Below, piece after piece: positions 44,220 to 52,546 of a DNA stretch of 64,000 nt (position 1 is the first letter of the stretch; each line of letters starts with the position of its first letter). Made by a program: the position numbers and the translations under genes. The stretch is from an uncultured Clostridia bacterium (GTDB lineage Bacteria > Bacillota > Clostridia > Christensenellales > UBA1242). The DNA lies in contig CANQAY010000006.1 in NCBI GenBank assembly GCA_947589025.1, positions 2,755-66,754 on the forward strand, read 5' to 3'. Under the pieces are notes generated by a model. The model saw only the letters and a program-made list of their open reading frames with translations, was not told the DNA's origin and made no database searches.

Positions 44220-44239
44220 AATCACCCTTACGTATGATT

Positions 44240-44680
44240 TTATTTTATCTTTCTATCCAATTCTCGCTGTTTTATTGCCTCACGTTTATCATAAAGTTTT
44301 TTGCCGCGGGCAACGGCAATTTCAACCTTTAAGTTGCTGCCGCTAAAATATGCTTTTGTAGGCACAATTGTTAGGTGCTCGGTTTCAACTTTTTTGCGGA
44401 TTTTTTCAATTTCGTCCCCATGCAAAAGTAGTTTTCTATCCCGCCTAGTTTTATCCTCCCCGCGGGCAAAATTAAAGGAATTTTCATATTCCTTAATGTA
44501 ACTATTCCTTAAAAAGCACTCGCCCTTTTTAATGTAGCCATAGCAATCCACAATTGAAAAATGCCCGGCGCGTACCGATTTAATTTCATCGCCGGTTAGC
44601 ACAATGCCTGCTTCGTAACTATCCAAAAGTTCGTATTCGAACCTGGCGCGCTTATTTTCCGCCACCAATTTGTTTTGCAT
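44240..44680 (-). CDS. smpB: SsrA-binding protein
   Basis: Motifs NKRARFEY and GTEIKS-like (GDEIKSVR), with a basic C-terminal tail. Start at MQNKLVAEN (44680). Confidence 0.93.
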   Translation of the reverse strand: MQNKLVAENKRARFEYELLDSYEAGIVLTGDEIKSVRAGHFSIVDCYGYIKKGECFLRNSYIKEYENSFNFARGEDKTRRDRKLLLHGDEIEKIRKKVETEHLTIVPTKAYFSGSNLKVEIAVARGKKLYDKREAIKQRELDRKIK

Positions 44681-44695
44681 AGTAATAATATAGCA
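44681..44695 (-). promoter_or_regulatory. Extended -10 box placed for a leaderless smpB start
   Basis: The minus strand reads TGcTATATT, then attact (6 nt), then ATG at 44680. Confidence 0.5.
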
Positions 44696-44753
44696 CAAAA
44701 TTTTTAAATTTTAAATAGTTTTTTAAAAGATTTTAATAAAAAAGGAAATGTAT

Positions 44754-47030
44754 TTATTTCCTTTTCCGTTTAGATTTATAAAAATCTTTAGCCGAGTTTT
44801 TAGATTTTTTGCCTGATTTTTTTATTTTTTTGCCAATTTTTGTGGCAATTTTTTTATTTTTTAATAAATTTTTGCTGTTTTCTTTTTTATCCCACGCGTT
44901 TTTGTTAGCCTTATTTTTGTTAACAATAAAGTTTTTTAGCGGTTTTTCCACCCCTGCCAAATCAAAATCTATTTGCCTAGCCAAGGTGTTAACATTTGAA
45001 ACAACCACGCGCACGCTATCCCCAATTGTGTAGTGGTGAGATTTGCCATAGATGGTCATTTTATCTTCATCATAAATATATTCGTCTAGCGGCAGATAGT
45101 CGGTTTTTATCATGCCTTCAATGCCGTTATCCAGTTCCACAAAAATGCCAAACTCCTGCACGCCTGAAATAATGCCATCAAACTCCTCACCCAAAAACTT
45201 TTGCATATAAACCGCTTTTTTATAATCATCCACCGCGCGCTCTGCCTCATCGGCAATTTTTTCCGTGTCGCTTGCCTGAATGCTTGCCCTTTCCACCGTG
45301 TCGGTAAAATGTGCTTTAACTTCCGCCTTTGGCGTGCCGGCAAGCACGCTTTTAATTATGCGGTGAATTAATAAATCGGGGTATCTTCTAATTGGGCTGG
45401 TAAAATGGCAATAGTGCGTCAGCGCCAAGCCAAAATGCCCAAGGCAGGTTGGTGCGTAACGCGCCTTCATCATTGTGCGCAAAATTAAGTATGACAAAAT
45501 CTTTTCTTTTGGCGTGCCAGCAATTTTATCCACAATCTGCTGATATGCGGCAGGTTGATCGCCATTAAGTTTTAAATTGTTTGCAACGCCCAAATTTGTT
45601 AAAAGTTCACTTAGGCGCAAAACTTTTTCGCTATCCGGTTTTTCATGCACACGATAAACAAACGGCAAATTGCCCGCCCATTTTGCCACAATTTCATTGG
45701 CTTTAACCATAAAACTTTCAATAAGTTCGTGAGCCTCGTCCTGCACGCGCTTTTCAATTGTAACAATTTCCCCTGCTGCGTTTTCCAAAATAAATGGCTC
45801 GGGCAAATTAAAGCGAATTTCACCCTGCTTTAACCTATCCGCCTTAAATTTGTTTGCAATGTCGCGCATGGTTAAAATGTCCTTATACAGGTCGGCATAT
45901 TTTTCAATAACAAGCGTGTCCCCTTCAAAAATTTTGGTTATTTCAGTGTACGTCATGCGGTGTTTGCTTTTAATAACGCTTTCAACAATGGCAGAATTCT
46001 TTACATTATATGCCTTATCCAGCTCCATTTTAACAGTTAAGGTTAGCCTATATTCATTTTCATTTAACGAGCATATGCCGTTTGAAAGTTCTTTTGGCAG
46101 CATTGGTATAACATGGTTTGGAAAATACACACTTGTGCCCCGCCTGTAAGCCTCTTTATCCAGCGCGCTGTTCTCTTTAACATAGTGCGAAACATCCGCA
46201 ATGTGCACATACAAAACCACGCCGTTTGCGTTGCGCGTAAGAGAAATTGCATCGTCAAAATCGCGTGCATCCTCACCATCAATTGTAAAGGCGTTATGGC
46301 TGGTGTAATCTGCACGGCTTTTTTTATATTTGCTATAATCTACAAATTTTTCAATGTTTTTAGTTTCGTTAATTGTTTGTTTTTCAAATTCGTCTTTAAG
46401 TTTGTAAGAGCGGATGATTGAAAGTTGCTCGGCCTTCATTGTGTTGGCCTGACCAAGCACCTCCACTACCCTGCCCGTTAATGTTTTACTATCCAAACTT
46501 GAGGGGTTAATTTCCACATAAACTTTATCGTTATTATGAGCGCCGCGGGCATCATTTTTGTAAATGCGCACTTGCGGCAATTTAACATCGTCGGGGAAAA
46601 CAACATTTTTATTTTTGCCCTCCACAAAAGTGCCCACCAAGTGTGTGGTGTTTCTTTTAATAACTTTAACAATTTTGGCCTCTATGTCCGTTTCCGTTCG
46701 CATGTTGGTTATTTCCGCCAGCACGTCGTCACCATCAAAGGCGCCGTTAATGGCGTAGGACGGGATAAATAAATCTGGCCTGCCCTCCACTGAGGCAAAG
46801 CCAAAACCCTTTTTGTTTAGCGTAAGCCTAGCTTTAATGTAACCCCTATCGCGAGAAATAGAAATTCTGCCCCTATCATCCACAAAAAGAGTGCCATCGT
46901 CAATCAATTGCTGCACTTCAGTTTTAATATCTTTAATGCTAAGGTTGGTTAATTTTTTAATTTCTTTACAAATAGTTTCAAAATTTAAATAAATTAATTG
47001 GTTATCTCGTATAAGTTTAATGTAATCCAT
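44754..47030 (-). CDS. rnr: Ribonuclease R
   Basis: 758 aa with cold-shock-like domains, an RNB catalytic domain (DFDDAISL), a C-terminal S1 domain and a Lys-rich tail. Confidence 0.95.
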   Translation of the reverse strand: MDYIKLIRDNQLIYLNFETICKEIKKLTNLSIKDIKTEVQQLIDDGTLFVDDRGRISISRDRGYIKARLTLNKKGFGFASVEGRPDLFIPSYAINGAFDGDDVLAEITNMRTETDIEAKIVKVIKRNTTHLVGTFVEGKNKNVVFPDDVKLPQVRIYKNDARGAHNNDKVYVEINPSSLDSKTLTGRVVEVLGQANTMKAEQLSIIRSYKLKDEFEKQTINETKNIEKFVDYSKYKKSRADYTSHNAFTIDGEDARDFDDAISLTRNANGVVLYVHIADVSHYVKENSALDKEAYRRGTSVYFPNHVIPMLPKELSNGICSLNENEYRLTLTVKMELDKAYNVKNSAIVESVIKSKHRMTYTEITKIFEGDTLVIEKYADLYKDILTMRDIANKFKADRLKQGEIRFNLPEPFILENAAGEIVTIEKRVQDEAHELIESFMVKANEIVAKWAGNLPFVYRVHEKPDSEKVLRLSELLTNLGVANNLKLNGDQPAAYQQIVDKIAGTPKEKILSYLILRTMMKARYAPTCLGHFGLALTHYCHFTSPIRRYPDLLIHRIIKSVLAGTPKAEVKAHFTDTVERASIQASDTEKIADEAERAVDDYKKAVYMQKFLGEEFDGIISGVQEFGIFVELDNGIEGMIKTDYLPLDEYIYDEDKMTIYGKSHHYTIGDSVRVVVSNVNTLARQIDFDLAGVEKPLKNFIVNKNKANKNAWDKKENSKNLLKNKKIATKIGKKIKKSGKKSKNSAKDFYKSKRKRK

Positions 47031-47046
47031 AAAAAATATTTTATCA
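47031..47046 (-). promoter_or_regulatory. Extended -10 box close to the rnr start
   Basis: The minus strand reads TGaTAAAAT, then 7 nt, then ATG at 47030. No SD. Confidence 0.4.
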
Positions 47047-47101
47047 CATTTTTGGCGTTTAGTAAAATGTTTTTAAACAATAAAAAAGCGCCGTGCGGCA
47101 C

Positions 47102-47404
47102 TTAAAATAATGTTTGAATTTTAAGAAGAACAAAATAAATTATGCTAAGCAGTGCAACAACGCCCAAAACAATCCAAATCAAACGCGTAATGCGCCCTTC
47201 CCTAGAGCCAGATTTGTTTTGAGAATAATAACTATCTTGATTGCCGGTTATAACGTTGTTTGTTTCACTATCCCCAGTTATTTGCATAAACACAAGCACA
47301 ATTAAAACAATTGCCAAAATTGCCAAAATAACTAAACATATGCGTTCCAAAATAGGGAAACTGGTGCTAATCCATTCAGGCACAACGGCCAAAAGTGTGT
47401 TCAT
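47102..47404 (-). CDS. secG: Probable preprotein translocase subunit SecG
   Basis: Small two-TM protein with a central Gly/Ser/Asn-rich loop, at the conserved position upstream of rnr-smpB. GGAGGA SD at MNTLLAV. Confidence 0.55.
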   Translation of the reverse strand: MNTLLAVVPEWISTSFPILERICLVILAILAIVLIVLVFMQITGDSETNNVITGNQDSYYSQNKSGSREGRITRLIWIVLGVVALLSIIYFVLLKIQTLF

Positions 47405-47481
47405 AATTCCTCCAAAATACATTTATATTAAATAACTACAGCATTATATCATAAAAAACTAAATTTTTCAAGCCTTTTTTG

Positions 47482-47703
47482 TTATTTTCTTATATAGGTT
47501 AAAAATACCAGCACGGCAATTAACAAAATTGCCAAAATAATATAGCTTAATTTTTCAAAATGCTTTTGCGTGCCATTATAAATTTTAAAAAATTTAACAA
47601 TTAAAATTAAAATAACGGCAACCAACAAAAGCCAAATTGTTACAAACACTAAATTATTAAGCCCTTGAATGAAATTTACAAATTGATAATATAATGATTT
47701 CAT
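47482..47703 (-). CDS. Small membrane protein, hypothetical
   Basis: Two predicted TM helices. Start at MKSLYYQ (47703). Confidence 0.4.
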   Translation of the reverse strand: MKSLYYQFVNFIQGLNNLVFVTIWLLLVAVILILIVKFFKIYNGTQKHFEKLSYIILAILLIAVLVFLTYIRK

Positions 47704-47767
47704 TTTAATTCCTTTAAACACAAATATTTTAGCATTTTATGGGCAATTTGTCAATATAAACGTGCAA

Positions 47768-49240
47768 TTATTTCAAAATTAGGCTGTTGCCTTCAAAATA
47801 CTTATATTTATTTAGTTCCATCAAATCTAATAATGTTGGCGCAACATCTTTTAAACCGCCCAATTTTTTCATGTTATATTTTTTGTTGCCAACTGCCACG
47901 CAAAAAACTTTGTTAAGTGTGTGTGCCATATGTGGCTGCCCACTGGCAGTGCGCATTTGCTCGGCGTTGCCATGGTCGGCAGTAATTAAAACAACATAAT
48001 CTTTTTTAATTGCCGCATTTAACACTTTTTTAAGGCATTTATCCAAATATTCTAGCCCTTTTACCGTGGCATCGTAATCCCCAGTGTGGCCAAGCATATC
48101 TGGGTTAGAAAAGTTAACAATAATTGCGTTATAGTTGCGATTTATTGCGGTTATGGTTTCATTGGCAATTTCTTTAGCACGCATTTTTGGGGTTTGGGCA
48201 AAATTTTCCACTTTATATGACGGCACATGCACGCGGTCTTCCCTATCAAAAGGCTCTTCCACCCCGCCATTAAAAAAGTAGGTTACATGCGCGTATTTAG
48301 TGCTTTCGCTTATTTTTATTTGGCTTAAATTTAGGCTAGATAGATGCTCGCTTAAAGTGTGCTTTACAACCGAAGCAGGATAAAGCTGCACAGTTTTGCT
48401 TGTGCCAACGCTTGCCATTGTTACCATTGTTGCACCCAATTGCTCGCTCATTTTAACAATTTGGCGCAGCCTATCTTCCCTAAAATTAAAGAAGAGCAAA
48501 ACATCTTTTGCGCCCACTAAAAATTTTGCATTTGTTTTTATGTGAACAGGCAACACAAACTGATCGTTGTTAGTTTTATGTTGCTCTTTTAAATAGTTTT
48601 CAATTTCAGTTTCAGCTATTTCGCCTTGATTTATAAACATTGCGTCATAAGCCTTTTTAGTGCGGTCTAGGTTAGATTCCCTATCCATTGCATAACCGCG
48701 GCCGGAAATGCTTGCAATGTGGCAATTTTTAATGTTTTTTATTTTTTGTTTAACCAATTTTAAATATTTTAAACTTTCATACGGCTCGGTGTCTCTGCCG
48801 TCGGTTATTAAATGCAAAAAAATGTTTTGGGCCTTATCTTTTGCCATATCAATAACTTCAAACGCATGATAAATGTTACTGTGCACATTTTTATCACTCA
48901 TCATGCCAATTAAATGCAAATTTGCTTTGTTTGTGCTTAAAGTTTTTAAAATTTTAAGCAATTTTGCGTTCTTTTTAAAATTTCCATTTAAAACATCGTC
49001 ATGAATTTTTTTTGCAGTGGAGGGTTCAATCCTCCCCGCGCCAATTGTCAAATGCCCAACTTCGCTTCCGCCCAACTCACCTTTAAAAATGCCAACAGCT
49101 TCGCCGCTAGTTTCCAAAAGTGAATGCGGCATTGCTTTAAGCTGATTTAGTGTTGGCGTTTTGGCATTGTTAACCGCATTATATGCATCTGGCTTGCCCT
49201 CGCCATATCCATCCAAAATTATAAGCAATCCGTTTTTCAT
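47768..49240 (-). CDS. gpmI: 2,3-bisphosphoglycerate-independent phosphoglycerate mutase
   Basis: 490 aa with the N-terminal LIILDGYGEG segment, the catalytic Ser region, and C-terminal ITADHGNAE. Confidence 0.95.
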   Translation of the reverse strand: MKNGLLIILDGYGEGKPDAYNAVNNAKTPTLNQLKAMPHSLLETSGEAVGIFKGELGGSEVGHLTIGAGRIEPSTAKKIHDDVLNGNFKKNAKLLKILKTLSTNKANLHLIGMMSDKNVHSNIYHAFEVIDMAKDKAQNIFLHLITDGRDTEPYESLKYLKLVKQKIKNIKNCHIASISGRGYAMDRESNLDRTKKAYDAMFINQGEIAETEIENYLKEQHKTNNDQFVLPVHIKTNAKFLVGAKDVLLFFNFREDRLRQIVKMSEQLGATMVTMASVGTSKTVQLYPASVVKHTLSEHLSSLNLSQIKISESTKYAHVTYFFNGGVEEPFDREDRVHVPSYKVENFAQTPKMRAKEIANETITAINRNYNAIIVNFSNPDMLGHTGDYDATVKGLEYLDKCLKKVLNAAIKKDYVVLITADHGNAEQMRTASGQPHMAHTLNKVFCVAVGNKKYNMKKLGGLKDVAPTLLDLMELNKYKYFEGNSLILK

Positions 49241-49933
49241 TTAAACCCCCATTATAAGTTTGCAAAATTTGTTTGTGTCAAGCGATAATCCGCCCACCAA
49301 AAAGCCATCGATTTCCGCCGTTTTTAATTGTAAAAAATTGTTATCGTTAACGCTGCCGCCGTACAAAATTTTAGGGCTAAAGCCCAACGCGTTTGCCTCG
49401 GCTTTAATTGTTTTTATTTTATTGTTAATGTGCTTAATTGTTGGCACTTGCCCGCTGCCTATTGCCCAAACAGGCTCGTATGCAAAAATAATTTTGCTGC
49501 CCGGTTGCAGATATTTTAAAGCGGATTTAACCTGATTTTTAACCGCGCTAGATTTATCTTGCTTTGTTGCCTCACCAACGCAAATTATTGGAATAATTTT
49601 ATTTTCACAAGCACTTTTAACCTTTTTTGCAATCATTTCGCCCGTTTCGCCAATTGCGCGCCTTTCACTATGCCCAATTATGCAATATTTAACATTAAAT
49701 TCTTTTAACATATACGCGCCAATTTGACCGGTAGATTTATTATTGCCAACAATGGAAATATCTTGCGCGCCCAAACAAACATTTTTGTTTTTAATGTTTA
49801 AATTGCTTAGATAAACAAAAGGTGGGCACAAAACTACATTTGTGCCCTTAATTTTTAATTTTTCATATGTTTCATTCAATTTCAAGAAAAAGTTTTTGTT
49901 TCCATTCATCTTGAAATTAGCAACAACTAACAT
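49241..49933 (-). CDS. tpiA: Triose-phosphate isomerase
   Basis: Motifs ANFKMN, IIGHSERR, AYEPVWAIGSG and GGSV. Confidence 0.93.
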   Translation of the reverse strand: MLVVANFKMNGNKNFFLKLNETYEKLKIKGTNVVLCPPFVYLSNLNIKNKNVCLGAQDISIVGNNKSTGQIGAYMLKEFNVKYCIIGHSERRAIGETGEMIAKKVKSACENKIIPIICVGEATKQDKSSAVKNQVKSALKYLQPGSKIIFAYEPVWAIGSGQVPTIKHINNKIKTIKAEANALGFSPKILYGGSVNDNNFLQLKTAEIDGFLVGGLSLDTNKFCKLIMGV

Positions 49934-49941
49934 AAAAACCC

Positions 49942-51123
49942 CTAAACATCTTCAATTAAATCAATACAAGGTAATTTTTTACCCTGCAAAAGCATTAAAC
50001 TTGCCCCGCCGCCGGTGGATATGTGGCTAACGCGTTTGCTTACGCCAATTGATTGAATTGCCGCAATGCTATCTCCTCCGCCGATAATTGAAACACCTTT
50101 GTTTTTAGCAACATATTTTGCAATTTTGTTTGTGCCGCGTTTAAATTTTTCATATTCATAAACGCCAAGTGGCCCATTCCAAACAATGGTGCGGGCTTTT
50201 TTAATAACCTTTTTAAAACATTTAATGGTTTTAGGGCCAATATCCATGCCCTGATAATTATCCGCAATAAACCCACTGCTAAACTTTTTGGTTTCGGCAT
50301 CTTCGCTAAATTCTTTTGCACAAACATTATCTATTGGCAAAATAATTTTAACGCCCTTTTCCTTTGCTTTGTCTAAAATATCAGAAGCCAACTTTAATTT
50401 AGTGTTGTCTATAATAGACATGCCAACATTGCCACCTATTGCTTTTATAAAGGTATAAGCCATACCGCCACCTATAAGGATAGTATCCACTTTGTTTAGC
50501 AAATTGTCAATAACTGGCAATTTATCTGCAATTTTTGCCCCACCTAAAATTGCAACAAAAGGATGCTCTGGATTATTTAAAACTTTATCAAACATTAAAA
50601 GCTCTTGCTCTACCAAAAAGCCGCAAACGGCAGGAATTAATTTTGCAACGCCATATGTAGAAGCATGCTTTCTGTGTGCTGTGGCAAAAGCGTCTAACAC
50701 AAAAATATCGGCAAGGGAGGCAAGCTTTTTAGCAAAAGCCTCGTTGTTTGCTTCTTCTTGTTTGTAAAAACGGATATTTTCCAACATTAGAATGTCACCA
50801 TTCTGCATGTTTTTTACCAATTCTTGTGTGGACTTATCCATAATATCTTCTGCAAAAGAAATTGATTTATCTAAAAGTTTGGATAGCCTTGCCAACACTG
50901 GGCGCAAGGATAGTTTAGAATCCACCACGCCATTTGGTCTGCCCAAATGAGAGCACAAAATTATTTTTGCGCCATGCTCCACCAAATAATTGATTGTTGG
51001 CAAAGTGGCAGTAATGCGTGTGTCATCAACAATTTTTAATTCGTTATTTATAGGAACATTGTAGTCAACTCGAACAAGCACTCGCTTGCCTGTAACATCA
51101 ACATCTCTAATTGTTTTTTTCAT
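49942..51123 (-). CDS. pgk: Phosphoglycerate kinase
   Basis: 393 aa with VRVDYNVP, SHLGRP and GGGDS motifs. GGAGA SD. Confidence 0.96.
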   Translation of the reverse strand: MKKTIRDVDVTGKRVLVRVDYNVPINNELKIVDDTRITATLPTINYLVEHGAKIILCSHLGRPNGVVDSKLSLRPVLARLSKLLDKSISFAEDIMDKSTQELVKNMQNGDILMLENIRFYKQEEANNEAFAKKLASLADIFVLDAFATAHRKHASTYGVAKLIPAVCGFLVEQELLMFDKVLNNPEHPFVAILGGAKIADKLPVIDNLLNKVDTILIGGGMAYTFIKAIGGNVGMSIIDNTKLKLASDILDKAKEKGVKIILPIDNVCAKEFSEDAETKKFSSGFIADNYQGMDIGPKTIKCFKKVIKKARTIVWNGPLGVYEYEKFKRGTNKIAKYVAKNKGVSIIGGGDSIAAIQSIGVSKRVSHISTGGGASLMLLQGKKLPCIDLIEDV

Positions 51124-51283
51124 AATTTCTCCAATAAAAATTTATATTTTTAAAATTTAGGGCAAGGTATATTTCACCTACTATAGTATTGTTATTGTAA
51201 CATATAAAATTTTTATTTCAAACTAATTTATGCCAAATTTTTAAATTTTTTTATTTAGTTAATTAAAAAAGAACATTAAAATG

Positions 51284-51796
51284 TTAAATGTTAATGGTGT
51301 TTATTTTGTTAAACCTTCTTATTAATTTTTTGTTTTTAACAAATGTGGTGCCAAATTTATCACAAAAAATATAAAGTTTTTTTATAGAGCAATTTTTTAA
51401 TTGCGGCACTATTTTTTTTGAAGATAAAACAATTTTGTTTTTATTAAAATAATTTGTGAACTCGTCACCCACAATAAATGTGTTATTTTTTATGTGAATT
51501 TCTTGCCCGGTTTTTACTGGGGACAAATGAAGTTTATCTCCATTTGTGTAAATTATGGCTTTTGTTTTGCTGTTTCTAAATATTTTATAAATTCCTGCCA
51601 CAACAACACAATTTAATTTGCGTGCCAAATTTAACAACTCTTTGGTTACAATGGCGGGGCCAACAAGTTCGTTTTTAACATCGTAATCGTATATAATGCC
51701 GTAGTTAAAAATTAGCAAATCACAATTTTTAAGTTTGCAAAAAAAATTTAAATAAAACGATTTATAACTGCCGCCTGCAACGCAAATAATTTTCAT
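51284..51796 (-). CDS. Hypothetical protein
   Basis: 170-aa ORF. TACAAT lies 5 nt before the ATG and there is no SD. No family recognised. Confidence 0.4.
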   Translation of the reverse strand: MKIICVAGGSYKSFYLNFFCKLKNCDLLIFNYGIIYDYDVKNELVGPAIVTKELLNLARKLNCVVVAGIYKIFRNSKTKAIIYTNGDKLHLSPVKTGQEIHIKNNTFIVGDEFTNYFNKNKIVLSSKKIVPQLKNCSIKKLYIFCDKFGTTFVKNKKLIRRFNKINTINI

Positions 51797-51837
51797 ACAG
51801 CATTGTATGAAGTTTTAACATTTTTGTTTAACTATAT

Positions 51838-51912
51838 GGGGGCTTTTGCCCGCTTTTTAAGCGGGCAATGGCGCCGCGGCGCCATAACGCCCGGCAGGGC
51901 GTTAAAGCCCCT
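51838..51912. other. GC-rich perfect four-way junction (cloverleaf-shaped) element
   Basis: The outer stem GGGGCTTT (51839-51846) pairs with AAAGCCCC (51904-51911). It encloses three hairpins: GCCCGC/GCGGGC (51848-51853 with 51861-51866), ATGGCGC/GCGCCAT (51868-51874 with 51879-51885) and AACGCCC/GGGCGTT (51886-51892 with 51897-51903). Confidence 0.55.
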
Positions 51913-51913
51913 G

Positions 51914-52228
51914 CTAAATGCAATCTACACTTGCATCAAGCACTTGTTCAATTGAATTGTTTTTTATGTAATAAATTATGTTTTTGCCGTTTCTATCTGC
52001 CGCCACAATGTTTAATGATTTTAATATTTTTAATTGATGGCTTATTGTGGTTTGATTTTGATTTAGTATTAGCGAAATATCCCCAACGCACAACGCTTTT
52101 ATTGATAATAGTATAATAATTTTAAGCCGGGTGTCGTCGCTAAACGCGTAAAAAAATGTGGTTAGGCTTTTTATGTTGTTTTTTGTGGGCATAAGTTTTT
52201 TTAATAAATATTCGTCTTTAATTTCCAT
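51914..52228 (-). CDS. ArsR/SmtB family transcriptional regulator
   Basis: Winged HTH segment FSDDTRLKIIILLSIKALCVGDISLILNQNQTTISHQLKILK. Start taken at MEIKDEY (52228). Confidence 0.8.
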   Translation of the reverse strand: MEIKDEYLLKKLMPTKNNIKSLTTFFYAFSDDTRLKIIILLSIKALCVGDISLILNQNQTTISHQLKILKSLNIVAADRNGKNIIYYIKNNSIEQVLDASVDCI

Positions 52229-52240
52229 AAAAAAATTATA
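52229..52240 (-). promoter_or_regulatory. -10 box placed for a leaderless ArsR start
   Basis: The minus strand reads TATAAT (52235-52240), then tttttt (6 nt), then ATG at 52228. Confidence 0.45.
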
Positions 52241-52331
52241 AATAATTAAAAATTTACAAAAAAGTTTTAACAAAAACGAATTTTGTTGAATAAATAGATT
52301 TAACAAAGGATTTTAAGAAAGGAGCAAGAAA

Positions 52332-52517
52332 ATGAACACAACCGCATTATACATTTTATTTGCAATTTTAATTTCGGTAATTGCACAAGCCACTAACACC
52401 AATCTTGCCAACAACACCTCATTTTTGCTTTTACTTTTGCTTGCACTTGGTGCATATGGCACACAAGGTGGCAGAGACAATTGCTATGTTTACGGCCAGC
52501 AGCGAAGCTTCATTTAA
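52332..52517 (+). CDS. Small membrane protein, hypothetical
   Basis: 61 aa with two hydrophobic segments and an AAGGAG SD. Divergent from the ArsR gene and followed by a terminator. Confidence 0.4.
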   Translation: MNTTALYILFAILISVIAQATNTNLANNTSFLLLLLLALGAYGTQGGRDNCYVYGQQRSFI

Positions 52518-52546
52518 AAAAGGGCTTTTGCCCTTTTATTTTTTAT
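52516..52546. terminator. Bidirectional terminator
   Basis: Stem AAGGGC/GCCCTT (52520-52525 with 52530-52535) with a TTTT loop, flanked by an A-run and a T-run. Confidence 0.7.

Noticed and set aside
51868-52116. 82-aa plus-strand ORF beginning in the GC-rich cloverleaf.
   Set aside because: It starts within a perfect palindrome and runs antisense to the ArsR gene. It has no SD and an unlikely composition.
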